DNA of 62,480 bases, counting the filler, from Chiloscyllium plagiosum (lineage: Eukaryota): NCBI RefSeq assembly GCF_004010195.1. It is 3 parts of one record of this genome, joined end to end, with 100 filler letters (N's around TTAATTAATTAA, not from the genome) between each part and the next. Parts side by side here need not be neighbours in the genome. Positions count along the whole stretch, not along the records: positions 44,551 to 62,480 come from NC_057713.1; 2 more parts are not named here. One strand, written 5' to 3'. The notes under the pieces are model-generated. The model saw only the letters and a list, made by a program, of their open reading frames with translations, searched no databases and was not told the DNA's origin. Made by a program: the position numbers and the translations under genes. Below, piece after piece: positions 51,545 to 62,480 of this stretch; position 1 is the first letter of the stretch; every line of letters begins with the position of its first letter.

Positions 51545-51725
51545 ACTTTTCACCTTCCTGGTGCTACTCTCTTTAAGGTATTTGTAACTTAGATCTTTTT
51601 ATTGCATTCCATGCAAGTTGCATTGATCGCCTTCATTATCTCCTCTGACACAACTTTACGTCTTTCAAATGTACAGGCTGCAAACAGTTTCATCCTTATG
51701 CCCTTAAATTTCATATACACAGGCC
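51545..51725 (-). pseudogene. Possible Myb/SANT-like (Harbinger ORF2-type) domain remnant
   Basis: With one frameshift VYEI*GHKDE/LFAACTFERRKVVSEEIMKAINATCMECNKK resembles the Myb/SANT pattern LV.EV..HK..LF....RK..W.EI..AVNA....EC.KKW; adjacent to the transposase; conserved Trp residues missing. Confidence 0.4.
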
Positions 51726-54179
51726 GATGACTGCTTCTGCTTGGCTGATTGTGGAGTATCCTGACTCCTAATCTACCCCACTGCTGGTGATTCTTATGGA
51801 CCCCTCTTGTCAAAGGTTAATGGTTGACAGAACATGATTGGATTGTCTGTGTTTGGTGTTGTAAGAGTTTATCTACTGTTATTCCCCAGTGAGTGCAAAT
51901 CAAGCATGTGCAAAGTAGTAATTTTCAGTAACTGTTTTGATTCTTTCAGTTGGGCATGTTTGCACTATGGAGGAACATGTCTAAACAGACTTGGGGTTGC
52001 TGCTAGTTATTTCCAATCCTGATTCGGAGAAAGATAGTAGTTGCAAATCATTTGCAAATCTCCTCTCCTCCTCTGGTATAAATTCTGCCTCCATAATTGT
52101 AGATAACATTCTCCTTTCCTTTGGCACCTCATTTGTCCTTCTTCAGTTCTGCCACTGAGACTGTCAATCCCTTCAATATCTCCCTCAATATTTCTGCTCT
52201 TACCCCAATGCCACTTCCAGCCAGATTCCCATGCTGAGTCTTCGGGTTTCAGATCAATAGCTCCTTCTGCCTCTGATAATATGTAACCGTTCCATGTTCC
52301 CTTTGCCCCATCACTATGATTCTCCCATCTGTATCCAAGTTTCCACTCTCCATTTACAATGAAACATTCTTGTCATGCAATGGTGCTGGCTTAGTTGGCA
52401 TTTACTGCCTACTCCTAGTTGCTCTAATTTATTGGTGTGCCCATCGAATGATTGGATACACCTGACTGGTATTTCAGACCATTTTGAGGGCAGTTCAGAT
52501 TCAACAGTAGCAAGTATTCCAGTGCCAGTCAATGCTATCAATTTTTCACCTGGTTTGTTTTGGCTGAAGGGTAAACAGTCAACAGTGCTTCAAGCACAGT
52601 AGAAATGTGACATCAGCCAGACACAGACTTTTTCAGATTTGGGAATCTACATGTTGTTTAAATTATGTGGAGTGGGTGAGTAACTAGTTATAATATAGTG
52701 TGTTCCTGGCTGTTGTTAGTTGCATCTGATTGATTTCATGGACCCCTATAAGAAAAGAAAGGTAGGTTTTACTGAAACAAGAGTCTTCAGGAAAAACTAA
52801 CTAAAATTACTTTGATAGCACTTCAACCTTACCACCCTGTGTGTAGAAATACTATTACTTTTCGGTTCTCCTCCAAGTCAACCACTTGAATTTGATGTAT
52901 AGCAGCATTCTTGCCTTAGGGTTAAAATCCTAGACCTCGTCTATTAACAAAATCGCTGGAGTACCTGATATACTCAAGTAGTTTAACAGGAAGACCTATC
53001 ATAATTAGCAATACATTAGCAATGGGAATGAGCCAAGGGTAATAAATGTTGACCCTGCTGATGACTCCCACATTTTGATTATTAAATGCAGTAGATTGTG
53101 TGCAGTACCAAGTCCTTCTTATTCTGGGCTTAAGCAAATCCTCACTGGAGGTCAGTAAATTCCTGCCATTCCACACCTCCTTTATAAATCAGATCTGAAA
53201 AGATTACATTTTAAAATGAAACATCATTCCTTGCACTTCTGTGTTACATGATGCAGAGGTATTCATTATTATTTAGGTTGTATAATGTTAATGAGCATTA
53301 ATCAGGAGCAAAGGAATTGTCAGCTTTTAAACTTCTACTTCACTCACTAGCCTGTTATCTTTGAGTTTCAGCTTTGGCATAAATTGATTGCTTTACGAGT
53401 AATGTGTATATATGTTCTTGGAGATCACTAGAGGGTAGAGATGTCCCTTTGCTTCAAATACAAGTTACGGCCTTCGACTGGATGCGTAAAATTACTGTAG
53501 GATTATTGTCACACTCCTGTCACTTTCCCCCCTTCCATTTAGGAAGCTTCCTCGATGTCTGCTGAAGATAAGCATTTGAGCTTCAGGCCAAAGAGATTGA
53601 TTGTTGCTTCCCTGTGTAGCAAGAATGCTGATTAATATTACTGAATAAAATGATTTAATAGGTCTGGTATTAAATTTAGGGTTGTTATTTTTACAAGGAA
53701 AAGCAGGCATCTAAGTTCATCAGTAATAATTTAGCATTAGTGAAAAAGCATACTTTTGAAATTGAAAGGGCAAAATGCCACATTGATGAGAATTATTTCT
53801 AATTACAATCACGTTATTGCAAAGAATGACTGAGTGCACTGTAACTGATGATGAGCTAAAGAGTGCATGGTATGAAAGGTGATGGAGCTGGATGAAATTA
53901 CAAAGAAGAGAGATAGTTGAGAGGTGAAGGTAGGAAGGAAGTTGAAAATGACAGTCGTGTATTGAAAATGTCATTATGCATTTTGTTCACTTGAGATAAC
54001 AATAGATGGACTCTGTTAGGAATAGAATAATAAATAAAATATTAATGTTTACTGTCTCAAGCAGTTCTAATGTTAAAATATCTCTGACTGAATATATAGC
54101 TGTTACCGCCCTACAAACACCACAATAATAATGAGTTGAAACTAACTGCTTGCGGAAACAGGAAATCTATGTAGTTTTC

Positions 54180-54430
54180 AAGAATTCTAGTTGGATTAGA
54201 AAGATGGAAAGAAAGAGCGAAGAAGAGCAAATGATTCATTTCTGGTGTCCTGGCCAATAATTATCCATCAACCAGTATCACTAAAATTGATTTGCTAGTT
54301 ATTATTACATTATGTAGTTGTAGAATCTTGTGTGCAAATTACTTGTTGCGTTACAGCACATTGAAAAAGTGCTTAATTCAATGTAAAGCGCTATGAGATG
54401 TCCTGAGATCTTGAAAGATGTAAGTATAAA
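54180..54430 (+). mobile_element. DeuSINE-type (SacSINE1-like) SINE remnant
   Basis: ggtgtcctggccaataattatcc.tcaacca...tcactaaaa...gtgcaaatt...tgtaaagcgct..gagatgtcctgag. Confidence 0.65.
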
Positions 54431-55506
54431 TACATTTTTAAATGTATTTATTAGCAATCATATGCTGTGCAGGTAAATCAAATAACTGTTTCAGCTTTGG
54501 GTTAAAGTAAAGGAAAACCTTACATTTGAAATGTTCACTGACACAACTAAAGATAACATCAGAAAGCTTTGTAAAAAACATTGATGCAGATTTGTAGATT
54601 TTAGATAACTTGTATCAAATATTGGTTGTGGATTGTTACTGTGACTTGGTACACAATTATTCCCCAACCTCTACGGCGCTTTCATGAGAATATTGAGTAT
54701 TAAGGGACAGTGGGAAAAAATTGAATGAGAAAACTGCAGACGTGGAAAGACAAATTTAAGTGCATTAGAATTTAATAGTGTATGCTCAGAGTTTTCTGGT
54801 TAACTGCAGGACCAATGAGCAGTTAATTGAATATAGCACAATGCCAAACTTCTTATAATGACTGAGAAAAAAAAAATGACAAAGGCTTTGGAAAGCTGTT
54901 AACTGGAGGCACAGCTAAACAGCAAAACCTTCACATTCAGTTGAAACTTTTAATGTTTTGTGAACAGCACCAGTTCATGAGGAACAAGAATTTGATAAAG
55001 GTTTTTTTGAAAAATTGTTTTAATTTCAAGCTGTCTGAGATAGAACCATAATGGCTTGCTGGAATTCACTGTCATGGATTTTATATGGATGCAGCATTTA
55101 AGATTGGAGTTACATTAGATTTAAAGCCGCAATTATAAGGAGCTGCTCAGAATTCAATTAAAATCCCTAAATCATCAATTTGAAAACTTTAAGGATGCAT
55201 TCACAATGTGTCTGTAGCAGAGGAGCAGAGCAGTTTAGCTCTGCATGGATGCTGCAGTTAGAGAGTTACAGAGTAAATGCAGCTTGCATCTGATATCAGG
55301 GCTTGACCTGTGATTGGAATGAAGCTGTGTGAGTTACTCTGCAGAAGGTAGTTTAACTCAAATTAAGCTTGGGAGTTTCGTCTTCCAAGATTAAACATTC
55401 TTGAATAGCTTCTTGATTAGCTTCAGCTGAACATGTAGATTGGATAAAACACCCTAAGCCTATTTGCAGCAATCATATGTGTCTTAATGTGAAACATTTT
55501 AGACAT

Positions 55507-55705
55507 TTCTCAAGTCAAGAGTTGCTGTCATACTGCTGCAGTTTGCTGTTTTGTGCCTGAAATTGCAGCAAAAAGTTGCTTGTAATCTACTGCGCTGTAT
55601 TCTTCTATGTTCTATGTTCTATGTTCTCAAGTCAAGAGTTGCTGTCATACTGCTGCAGTTTGCTGTTTTGTGCCTGAAATTGCAGCAAAAAGTTGCTTGT
55701 AATCT
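55507..55705 (+). repeat. 82-bp perfect direct repeat flanking a 35-nt CR1 3' tail
   Basis: Copies 55507-55588 and 55624-55705 are identical; spacer actgcgctgtattcttctatgttctatgttctatg matches the CR1 terminus at ~22432-22459. Confidence 0.95.
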
Positions 55706-56524
55706 CCAAGTAGTTTACATTTCATCTGTGAATGAAAAACATTGATCAATTGGAAGATTTGCAACTTGAATGCTCTTGTGATGCATATGAATCCAGGTGA
55801 ATGAAGAATATTTCTACACATTTAGTACTTTTGTTTTGCAGGAGATGGTGATGCTTCAAAGGGATAAATATGAGATAGCTGTCTCATTGTACCTGATCTC
55901 TTCCTTGCTCTGGTAGTCAGAGTGTTGATTTTGTTTTCCCATTTTAAATCTTGTGCAATGGTATCCAACCCTGCCCAGCCTCCTAAGATATCCATGATGT
56001 ATGATGGGCACTGGATAACATGTTAATACTGAGGATCAAAAAGTGGTTTGAAGCCTATTAATTGACAGTGCTCAACCCACATGCTTGAATGGTGGGGCTG
56101 ACTTGCTGGTCTATTTTTGCTCTGCTGTCTTATTGACATAGGTGTTAACAATTGTGTATTCCAGGTTTTATTAATCTGGCATGGACTATCCTATGAAGGG
56201 TTATCACTTTAACCCACAGTTTATGGTCAGGGAATATCCCAATTCTTGGGAAAGGGATTCTGTTTAAAGTACAGGCTGTTGGCCACAGAAAAGACAAGGC
56301 ATCCACCAGTCGATATAATTAAGGAGATGACAGAGCCCATGGGAAGGTTGTTCACATTTTACATAATACCCAAGATCAGGAGTACTGTACGTCGTTTTGC
56401 AAGACCAGCGAGAGTGAGAACAGGAAAACAATATGCTTTCAAACAGTCCAGGAGACCAATCAGGATTTTTGTTTTGTTTTCGTCCTCTCAGTAGAACATT
56501 CTGAAAACGATATAACTGCATCAG

Positions 56525-56740
56525 TCATGATTTGGAGGTGCCGGTGTTCGACTGGGGTGTACAAAGTTAAAAATCACACAACATCAGGTTATTGACCAAC
56601 AGGTTTAATTGGAAGCACACTAGCTTTCAGAGCGACGCTCCTTCATCAGGTGACTATCACCTGAAGAAGGAGCGTCGCTCCGAAAGCTAGTACTTCCAAT
56701 TAAACCTGTTGGACAATAACCTGGTGTTGTGTGATTTCTT
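56525..56740 (-). mobile_element. Fold-back PLE terminal fragment, family 2, 10-bp TSD
   Basis: Arms ~56571-56653 and ~56657-56737 around a cta loop; actgcatcag at 56515-56524 and 56741-56750. Confidence 0.9.
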
Positions 56741-57749
56741 ACTGCATCAGGTTCAGGTAGGAAGGGGTCGAGAGTGGAAGAAAGAAAGAAACACGAAGTC
56801 AGGCATCTTTGAGATTAGTTAATCGGGGCAGCTCCCGCTTTCCTGTGACAATGGAGAGCAGAGGAAGGTGTGTACCCCAATGAATGGGCTACAGCCCCGA
56901 GGATACTTTGGGAACATTTCACCCGGAGCCTGCAGAATAAATAATCCAGCACCGTTTGGAGAGTTGCCCGCATGTCCCGGGAGTTTCACGACTGTTTTGT
57001 AGTTAGTCAGGAGAACGTTTAGCATTGGTTGTTTCATTTTGGGATCCATTGTACGCATTAAACATACTATTCAAAATCTGAAACCTGTGGCAATTGCATT
57101 ATTCATCATCCTTCCTGGTGGTTTATAAACGTAAGCCCAGATCTTTGACTGTAAATAAGTGAGTTCATTGGGAACCAGTAAAGCTGAATGATCCTCACAC
57201 AATCAGAAACACCCTCCACCTATTATAGGATGTATTGTAATCAAATGGAACGCTGTGAATCATTAATAAACAATTTATTCTGGATGTTATAGTAAGGAAA
57301 GTTTCATTGATAAAGCAGTTAAGGATGCATGACACTTCCCTGAGGAACTACTATAACGATGTTCTGGGATTATAATGGTTAGCTTCTATTGATTCAACTT
57401 GAAGACCGATCATCAACTTTGACATGACTTCAATCACTGACATATTTACGCCCTGACTCCCATTGACCATTCGGGGTTCTATCAAGGACAGTGACTCTCT
57501 CTTCTACTTTGGCATTCAGCCTGCGTCTCTCTTTCTGGACCAAGGCTGCGAATAGATCTGGAATCAATTTATTCTGGCAGAACCTGAACTGATTGATGGC
57601 TTGATGCTATTTTTATTCTGTCCGGGTCAAACTTTCTGAACTTTGTTTGCCTGTTTTATGTCTTCACACACATTTTCTTGGGGAGTGGTGGGAAATTACT
57701 TGAAGGATCAGCAGGTTGAATTTCAATCACTGGATGATAGGTCTGGATG

Positions 57750-57815
57750 TTTGGGCACGAACCTGTGGCTTCTGGCACAGCAGCACTCGGATCTACCCAC
57801 TGAGCCATAGGACCT
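57750..57815 (-). mobile_element. tRNA-derived SINE head (Pol III A/B-box-like), decayed
   Basis: rc GGTCCTATGGCTCAGTGGGTAGATCC...CACAGGTTCGTGCCC; no convincing cloverleaf. Confidence 0.55.
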
Positions 57816-58789
57816 CCCACTAGCTGAACTGTTTCCTTTGAAGCAAATCTTGTAAACATTGCAAATTAATTCAGCATTTATACCAGATCAACAGAGGACA
57901 GATATGATATAAACCTGTTTACATTTGTTCCTTCAAAAGAAGGTGCTCTGCATCAGGATAGAATGAAGCAAAATCAAATGCAATGAAATTTAACATAGTG
58001 TGCTACTAAAGAATAAGCTTAGGTTCATAATTGTGAAGGATTTAATGAAAGTGTAGTTTATTGAACTTAACTGGAGTCTGTAATTGCTCATTCCAGTTGG
58101 TTCCATGTCAAAAAGAGAAATAAATAAAATGATAATTCTCAACTATGAGGAAAGAGAGGCATGTGTTCACATGAATCTTTACCATTGAAGATTTCTCAAA
58201 TTCAGTCAAGCTGTTGAAAGGATATTTGCGGTATATGGAAATGGAGATGAAATATTTCTCCAAAGCAAGGCAAGCAAAATCGGATGGTGAATCAACCATT
58301 GGCCTTCTTTTGTTCACACCTCAAGGTATAATCAGAGTTCTGAAAGCTGGACGTCAGTTAACCTTAGTCACAGACCATGGAGGGAAGCATAAATAGCAAA
58401 TGGTCATCATGACCTTAAACTTTAACTCTCCCTTTCCACAGATGCCATTGAGTATTTCCAACATTTCTATTTTAATTTTCCAGCATCTGTAATATTTTGC
58501 TTTTGCATGTTCAGTGTAATAGGAGGAGTTATCATGATTCTCGAAGTCGGAATAAACATGAGTACTGGCTACAAATGTATAAATGAGGCATTGAAGGCAA
58601 GTGGAAGCGCAGACATCTGTTTGAAATGGTTTAGAGAATACCTATTTTTACTTTGTCAGTGAAAGTGCTCTAAAATATGGAAGAAAACAACATAATGCTC
58701 ATAAGGAATGAAGAACAAGTAGATAAAACAAAATTGACCAGAGATGGAAAATGTGATGATAAAAGCCAATCAGTTATTTGAGGGAGAGA

Positions 58790-59360
58790 CAAGTGAAATA
58801 GGAGCAGAAGTAGATTATTAAGCTATTGGGCTTACCTGCTATTTAGTATGATTATAGCTGATCGCCTTGTGTTTCAAATTCCACATTTCCCTCTGTGCCG
58901 ATAAATTTAGAATCTTGTTCAATCTACCTCTGGTTCAAAAATATGTTATCGCCTTCACTTCCAACCTTTTTGGAAACAGGGAGTACCAAAGTCTCAACAC
59001 TCTTTGAGAGAAAAAGAATTTTTACCCATCTCTGTCCTGAAAGGCAACCTCTAATTATTAAACAGTATAATCCCTGTACCACTCCCCAGTTCTGGATTCA
59101 CCCACATGAGAAGACATCTTTTTCATGTCCCCATTGTCAACACCATTCAGAATCTTATGGACTTCAATCAAACTCATTTTCTAAATTCCAGTGGAATCAA
59201 AGCCAGTTCATTTAGCCAATTTTCATAAGTTGGCTCACTCATTTGAGATATCAATCAAGAAATTCTCTTCTTAACTGTCTCCAAAACATTTGCAGTCATC
59301 CTTAAATAAAGAGACCAAAACTACACACAGTTTTCGACATGTGGTCTCATCAATGCCTTG
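58790..59360 (-). mobile_element. Old CR1 3' fragment
   Basis: aaataggagcagaagtag (3' UTR, rc), catctctgtcctgaaagg, gagaccaaaactacacacag (rc of CVQFWS-like). Confidence 0.7.
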
Positions 59361-60722
59361 ATCCTTTGCAGTCTGCTGACTAATGTAACAGGTCCACAGC
59401 AGACACCATCTCCCTGGCCCTACACACATCTCAGGAATGTCTGGATAACAAGGACACCTCCATCAGGCTCCTACTTAATAAAAGCAAATTACTGCAATGC
59501 TGGAATCTGAAACCAAAAGAGAACATGCTGGAAAATCTCAGCAGGTCTGGCAGCATCTGTAAGGAGAGAAAAGAGCTGACGTTTCGAGTCTAAGTGACCC
59601 TTTGTCAGAGCTCCTACCTGTTGACTTCAGTTCTGCTTTCAACATCATCATTCCAAATAAACTCATCTCTAAACTCTGAGACCTAGTCTCAGTTCCCCGC
59701 TCTGCAACTGGATCATTGACTTCTTGACCTATAGACCACAATCAGTAAGAATAGGCAACAACAACACTTCCACCATAATCCTTAACATCGTTATTTACAA
59801 GGCTAAGTACTCAGCCCCCTACTATACACCTTGCATGCTCACCACTGCATGGTCAAATTCAGTCCCAACTCCATTTGTAAGTTTTCTGATGACACCATTG
59901 ATGTAGGTTGTACCTAAGACAATGATAAGGTAGAGTATCAGAAAGAAGTTGAGTGCTTAGCGGCATGATGGAAAGACAACAATCTCTCTGCCAACATCAG
60001 CAAAATGAAGGAGCTAGTCATTGACTTTAGGAAGTGGAGGGGATAGTACACCCTTGTCTGCATCAATGGTGCTGATGTTGAGATGGTCAAGAGCATCAAG
60101 TTTCTGGGAGTGACGATCAACAACAATCTGTCCTAGTCTACCCATGTCGACATGATGGTCAGAAAACTTAAACAATGTCTCTACTTCCTCAGGAGGCTAA
60201 GAAAATTCGGCATGTCCAGAAGGTCTCTTAACAATTTTTATAGATGCACCAGAGAAAGCATCCTCTCTGGATGCATCACAGTGTGGTATGGCAACTGCTC
60301 TTCCCAAGACTGCAAGAAACTACAGAGAGTAGTGAACACAGCATGGAAGGCAAACCAGCCTTCCATTCATTAACTGCATCTATAATTCCCACTGCCTCCA
60401 GAAAGGACCAACAAAATCAAAGACCCCTTCAGTCCTGGTTATACTCTCCTCCACCCTCTTCCGCCAGGCAGAAGATTTAGAGGTTTGTATACACATATGA
60501 ACAGATTCGAGAACAGCTTCTTCCCCACTGTTATCAGACTTTTGAATGGACCTCTCAAATGGTAATTATGATCTCTCTCTTTGTACATTCTCTGCAGCTG
60601 TAGTACTGTATTCTGCACTCTGTTCGGTTATTCCAATTTACTTTATAAAATATAATCTGCCTGTATAGATGCAAAACAACACTTTTCACTGAATCTCAGT
60701 TCATGTGACAACAATAAATCAA
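59360..60722 (+). mobile_element. Rex1/Babar-clade LINE (RT to 3' end), decayed
   Basis: DPLQSA..NRSTADTISLALH..LDNKDT; DFSSAFNII; KFSDD; KFLGVTI; LYFLRRLRKFGMS..FYRCTRESILSGCITVWYGN; ends acaataaatcaaa. Confidence 0.9.
59475..59609 (-). mobile_element. PLE terminal fragment, family 3, nested in Rex1, 8-bp TSD
   Basis: rc ctctgacaaagggtcacttagactcgaaacgtcagct; gctcctac at 59467-59474 and 59610-59617. Confidence 0.85.
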
Positions 60723-61691
60723 ACTCACCCTCAAAGTATACCTGGTGCATGATTTCATTGCTTCTAGGATAGCATTCCATTAGTGTTCTTGATAACACAC
60801 TGCAACTGAATACTAACTTCTGTGAATATCGAAAATACTCTGAAGCTCAAAATTCCACAGTTCTCAGTTTAAGTAATGCATTGCTTTTTCATTCTTCTTG
60901 ACAAAGTAAACAATTTCACATTTTCCTCATTATAATCTTATCTGGCAGTTTTTTTTGCCCACCTACTCAAACTATATATATTCCTCTGCAATCTTCTTAT
61001 GTATTCTTCATAACATACTTTCCTATCAATCTTGGTCTGTCTCTGCATTCATCTGCCACACATTTGCTCCCCTTGTCCAAGTTATTGAGTACAACTCTGC
61101 AACTGGTGCCTCATGAATGCCCAGACTTGATTTACTAGGTTGGCTCTGAATCTATTCCAATTAACATAATGGTACTACCAGGCAACTCAATTGACAATAT
61201 GTTCCTTGAGAAGATGGAAATTCAAATTCACAAGGATTGTACCGTGGTTACTCCTCCCATATGATCCATCATGGACAGGCACATCTCCAACAGGTAAATT
61301 GATGAGGACAGGTTTGAATTGGTTTTACCCTCTTATGGTTGCCTTGCCATCTATTGTATGGATCATGTCTATTTAATATTAATTTTTTGGTAAGTTTTGA
61401 AAGGGTGACTGAATATTTTGAAAACAACTAAACTGACACCCACTGCGGCATCGTGTAAGCAACTGTTTGCACAAGCAGCAGTTGAAATATGAATTGTAGC
61501 CAATTTGTAGTGAAGGAAATGTACATTTGTAGCTTTTGATAGAAAATAGAATAGAATTGAATTTGCTGTTAACAGGAAGTTGATTGGTCTATGGAATAAT
61601 GACTGGTTATCAATGACAGAGGGCTTTTGCCTGCCAACAACTGTATGATTGGTTCACAGACAACTAAACTGCTGCAGCTGGGAACAAGTTT

Positions 61692-61713
61692 CAGAGAGAG
61701 AGAGAGAGAGAGA
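61692..61713. repeat. (GA)n microsatellite
   Basis: Direct reading. Confidence 0.9.
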
Positions 61714-62480
61714 TGGGTTCATTTTTTTCCCATCTTGGGAGCGGTCTCTCTGTCCACTGCAGTCAAAACTGAAGAGAACCTGCATCAGTTATTGTAAGAT
61801 GTGATTTTTAAGTAAAGAGTCATAGTTTTTTTAATATAAATAATCCAGCCACTTTATGTCCCTTCTTAACATGGGGAAGCATCTGGAGAAAGGTGACGAA
61901 AGCAATGTGCTAGCCAGCAAAAGAGTCATAAGGATAAACTCAGCCACAGAACCTAGGGACAAATATTACTGAACTGTCTTTTCAATTTTTCTTCTCTTTC
62001 CAGTACCCTATTTTACTGGTTGTTTCCTATCTATTATCTTTCTATGTATGAGTAAGGGAGGGTTTTTAAGAAGGTTTGATTTTAATTATTAGTGTTATAT
62101 GCTAATGGTTTATATCTGCTTACCTGTTGCTAGAGGTTAATTACTTGTAATAAAGGAAACTGTTCAGTAGAAACCTGGGACATTGCCTGTTTAGTATTGT
62201 TCCATGAATATGACTGGGTCAGGTTGTTATTTGATAGTCAGTGGGACAATTCTTCCAGTTTTGGCTCAAGCCAGATAATTATAAAGAGTACATTGCAGGA
62301 TCAACAGGGTGGTCTGTATTGGTATTATGAGTGGTCCATCTCTTTTTATTGTTTTTTTAAATTTTCCTGTTGCAGCTTGATTGAATTAAGTGAGTCATTT
62401 AGGATCTAATCACATTGTTTTGAGTCTGGAATCACTTGTCGGCCAGACAAGTGAAGATAGAGATTAAAATAAAACTGTAG

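Noticed and set aside
54426..54451. 12-bp AT-rich inverted repeat ataaatacattt/aaatgtatttat
   Set aside because: Short, AT-rich and at a SINE tail; compatible with chance or slippage
58178..58222. 28-nt AG...GT bounded minus-strand mini-exon candidate
   Set aside because: Not frame-preserving and no similarity to TSNARE1; such sites occur by chance
61506..62182. Possible solo LTR (TG...CA, AATAAA, GA tract)
   Set aside because: No TSD, no second copy, no PBS or PPT visible
1..62480. CRISPR arrays, rRNA, true tRNA genes, prokaryotic operons
   Set aside because: None seen; the recurring short motifs are dispersed retroelement termini, and the tRNA-like sequences are SINE heads

Overview
Vertebrate genomic DNA, almost certainly from a shark. 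The HE1-type SINE, DeuSINE-like remnants and shark-type CR1/Penelope families fit a carpet/bamboo shark (inferred from repeat content only). The window is mostly repeat-rich intron. I find one host coding exon: 186 bp, phase 0/0, minus strand (42397-42582), matching the linker and SNARE-start exon of TSNARE1. Almost all other listed ORFs are transposon fragments or noise. Mobile DNA includes many CR1 LINE fragments (one ~3 kb copy), Penelope-like elements (PLEs) and their short terminal fragments with minimal hammerhead-ribozyme-like motifs, RTE and Rex1/Babar fragments, a Gypsy integrase relic, a hAT MITE, tRNA-derived SINEs and a decayed PIF/Harbinger transposase with a possible Myb/SANT partner. 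The most interesting signals are: covarying hammerhead-like cores in four PLE families, with fold-back insertions that break just 5' of the core; a 35-nt LINE tail flanked by an 82-bp perfect duplication; several templated insertions, including a 116-bp inverted copy inside the Harbinger ORF; and a Harbinger fossil inside a gene whose own N-terminal domain is Harbinger-derived. There are three assembly gaps; two are synthetic 100-bp spacers, and the contig between them may be mis-oriented. I cannot show a wholly new biological system from sequence alone. Boundaries of old repeats are approximate (tens of bp), and family assignments come from recalled motifs, not database searches.
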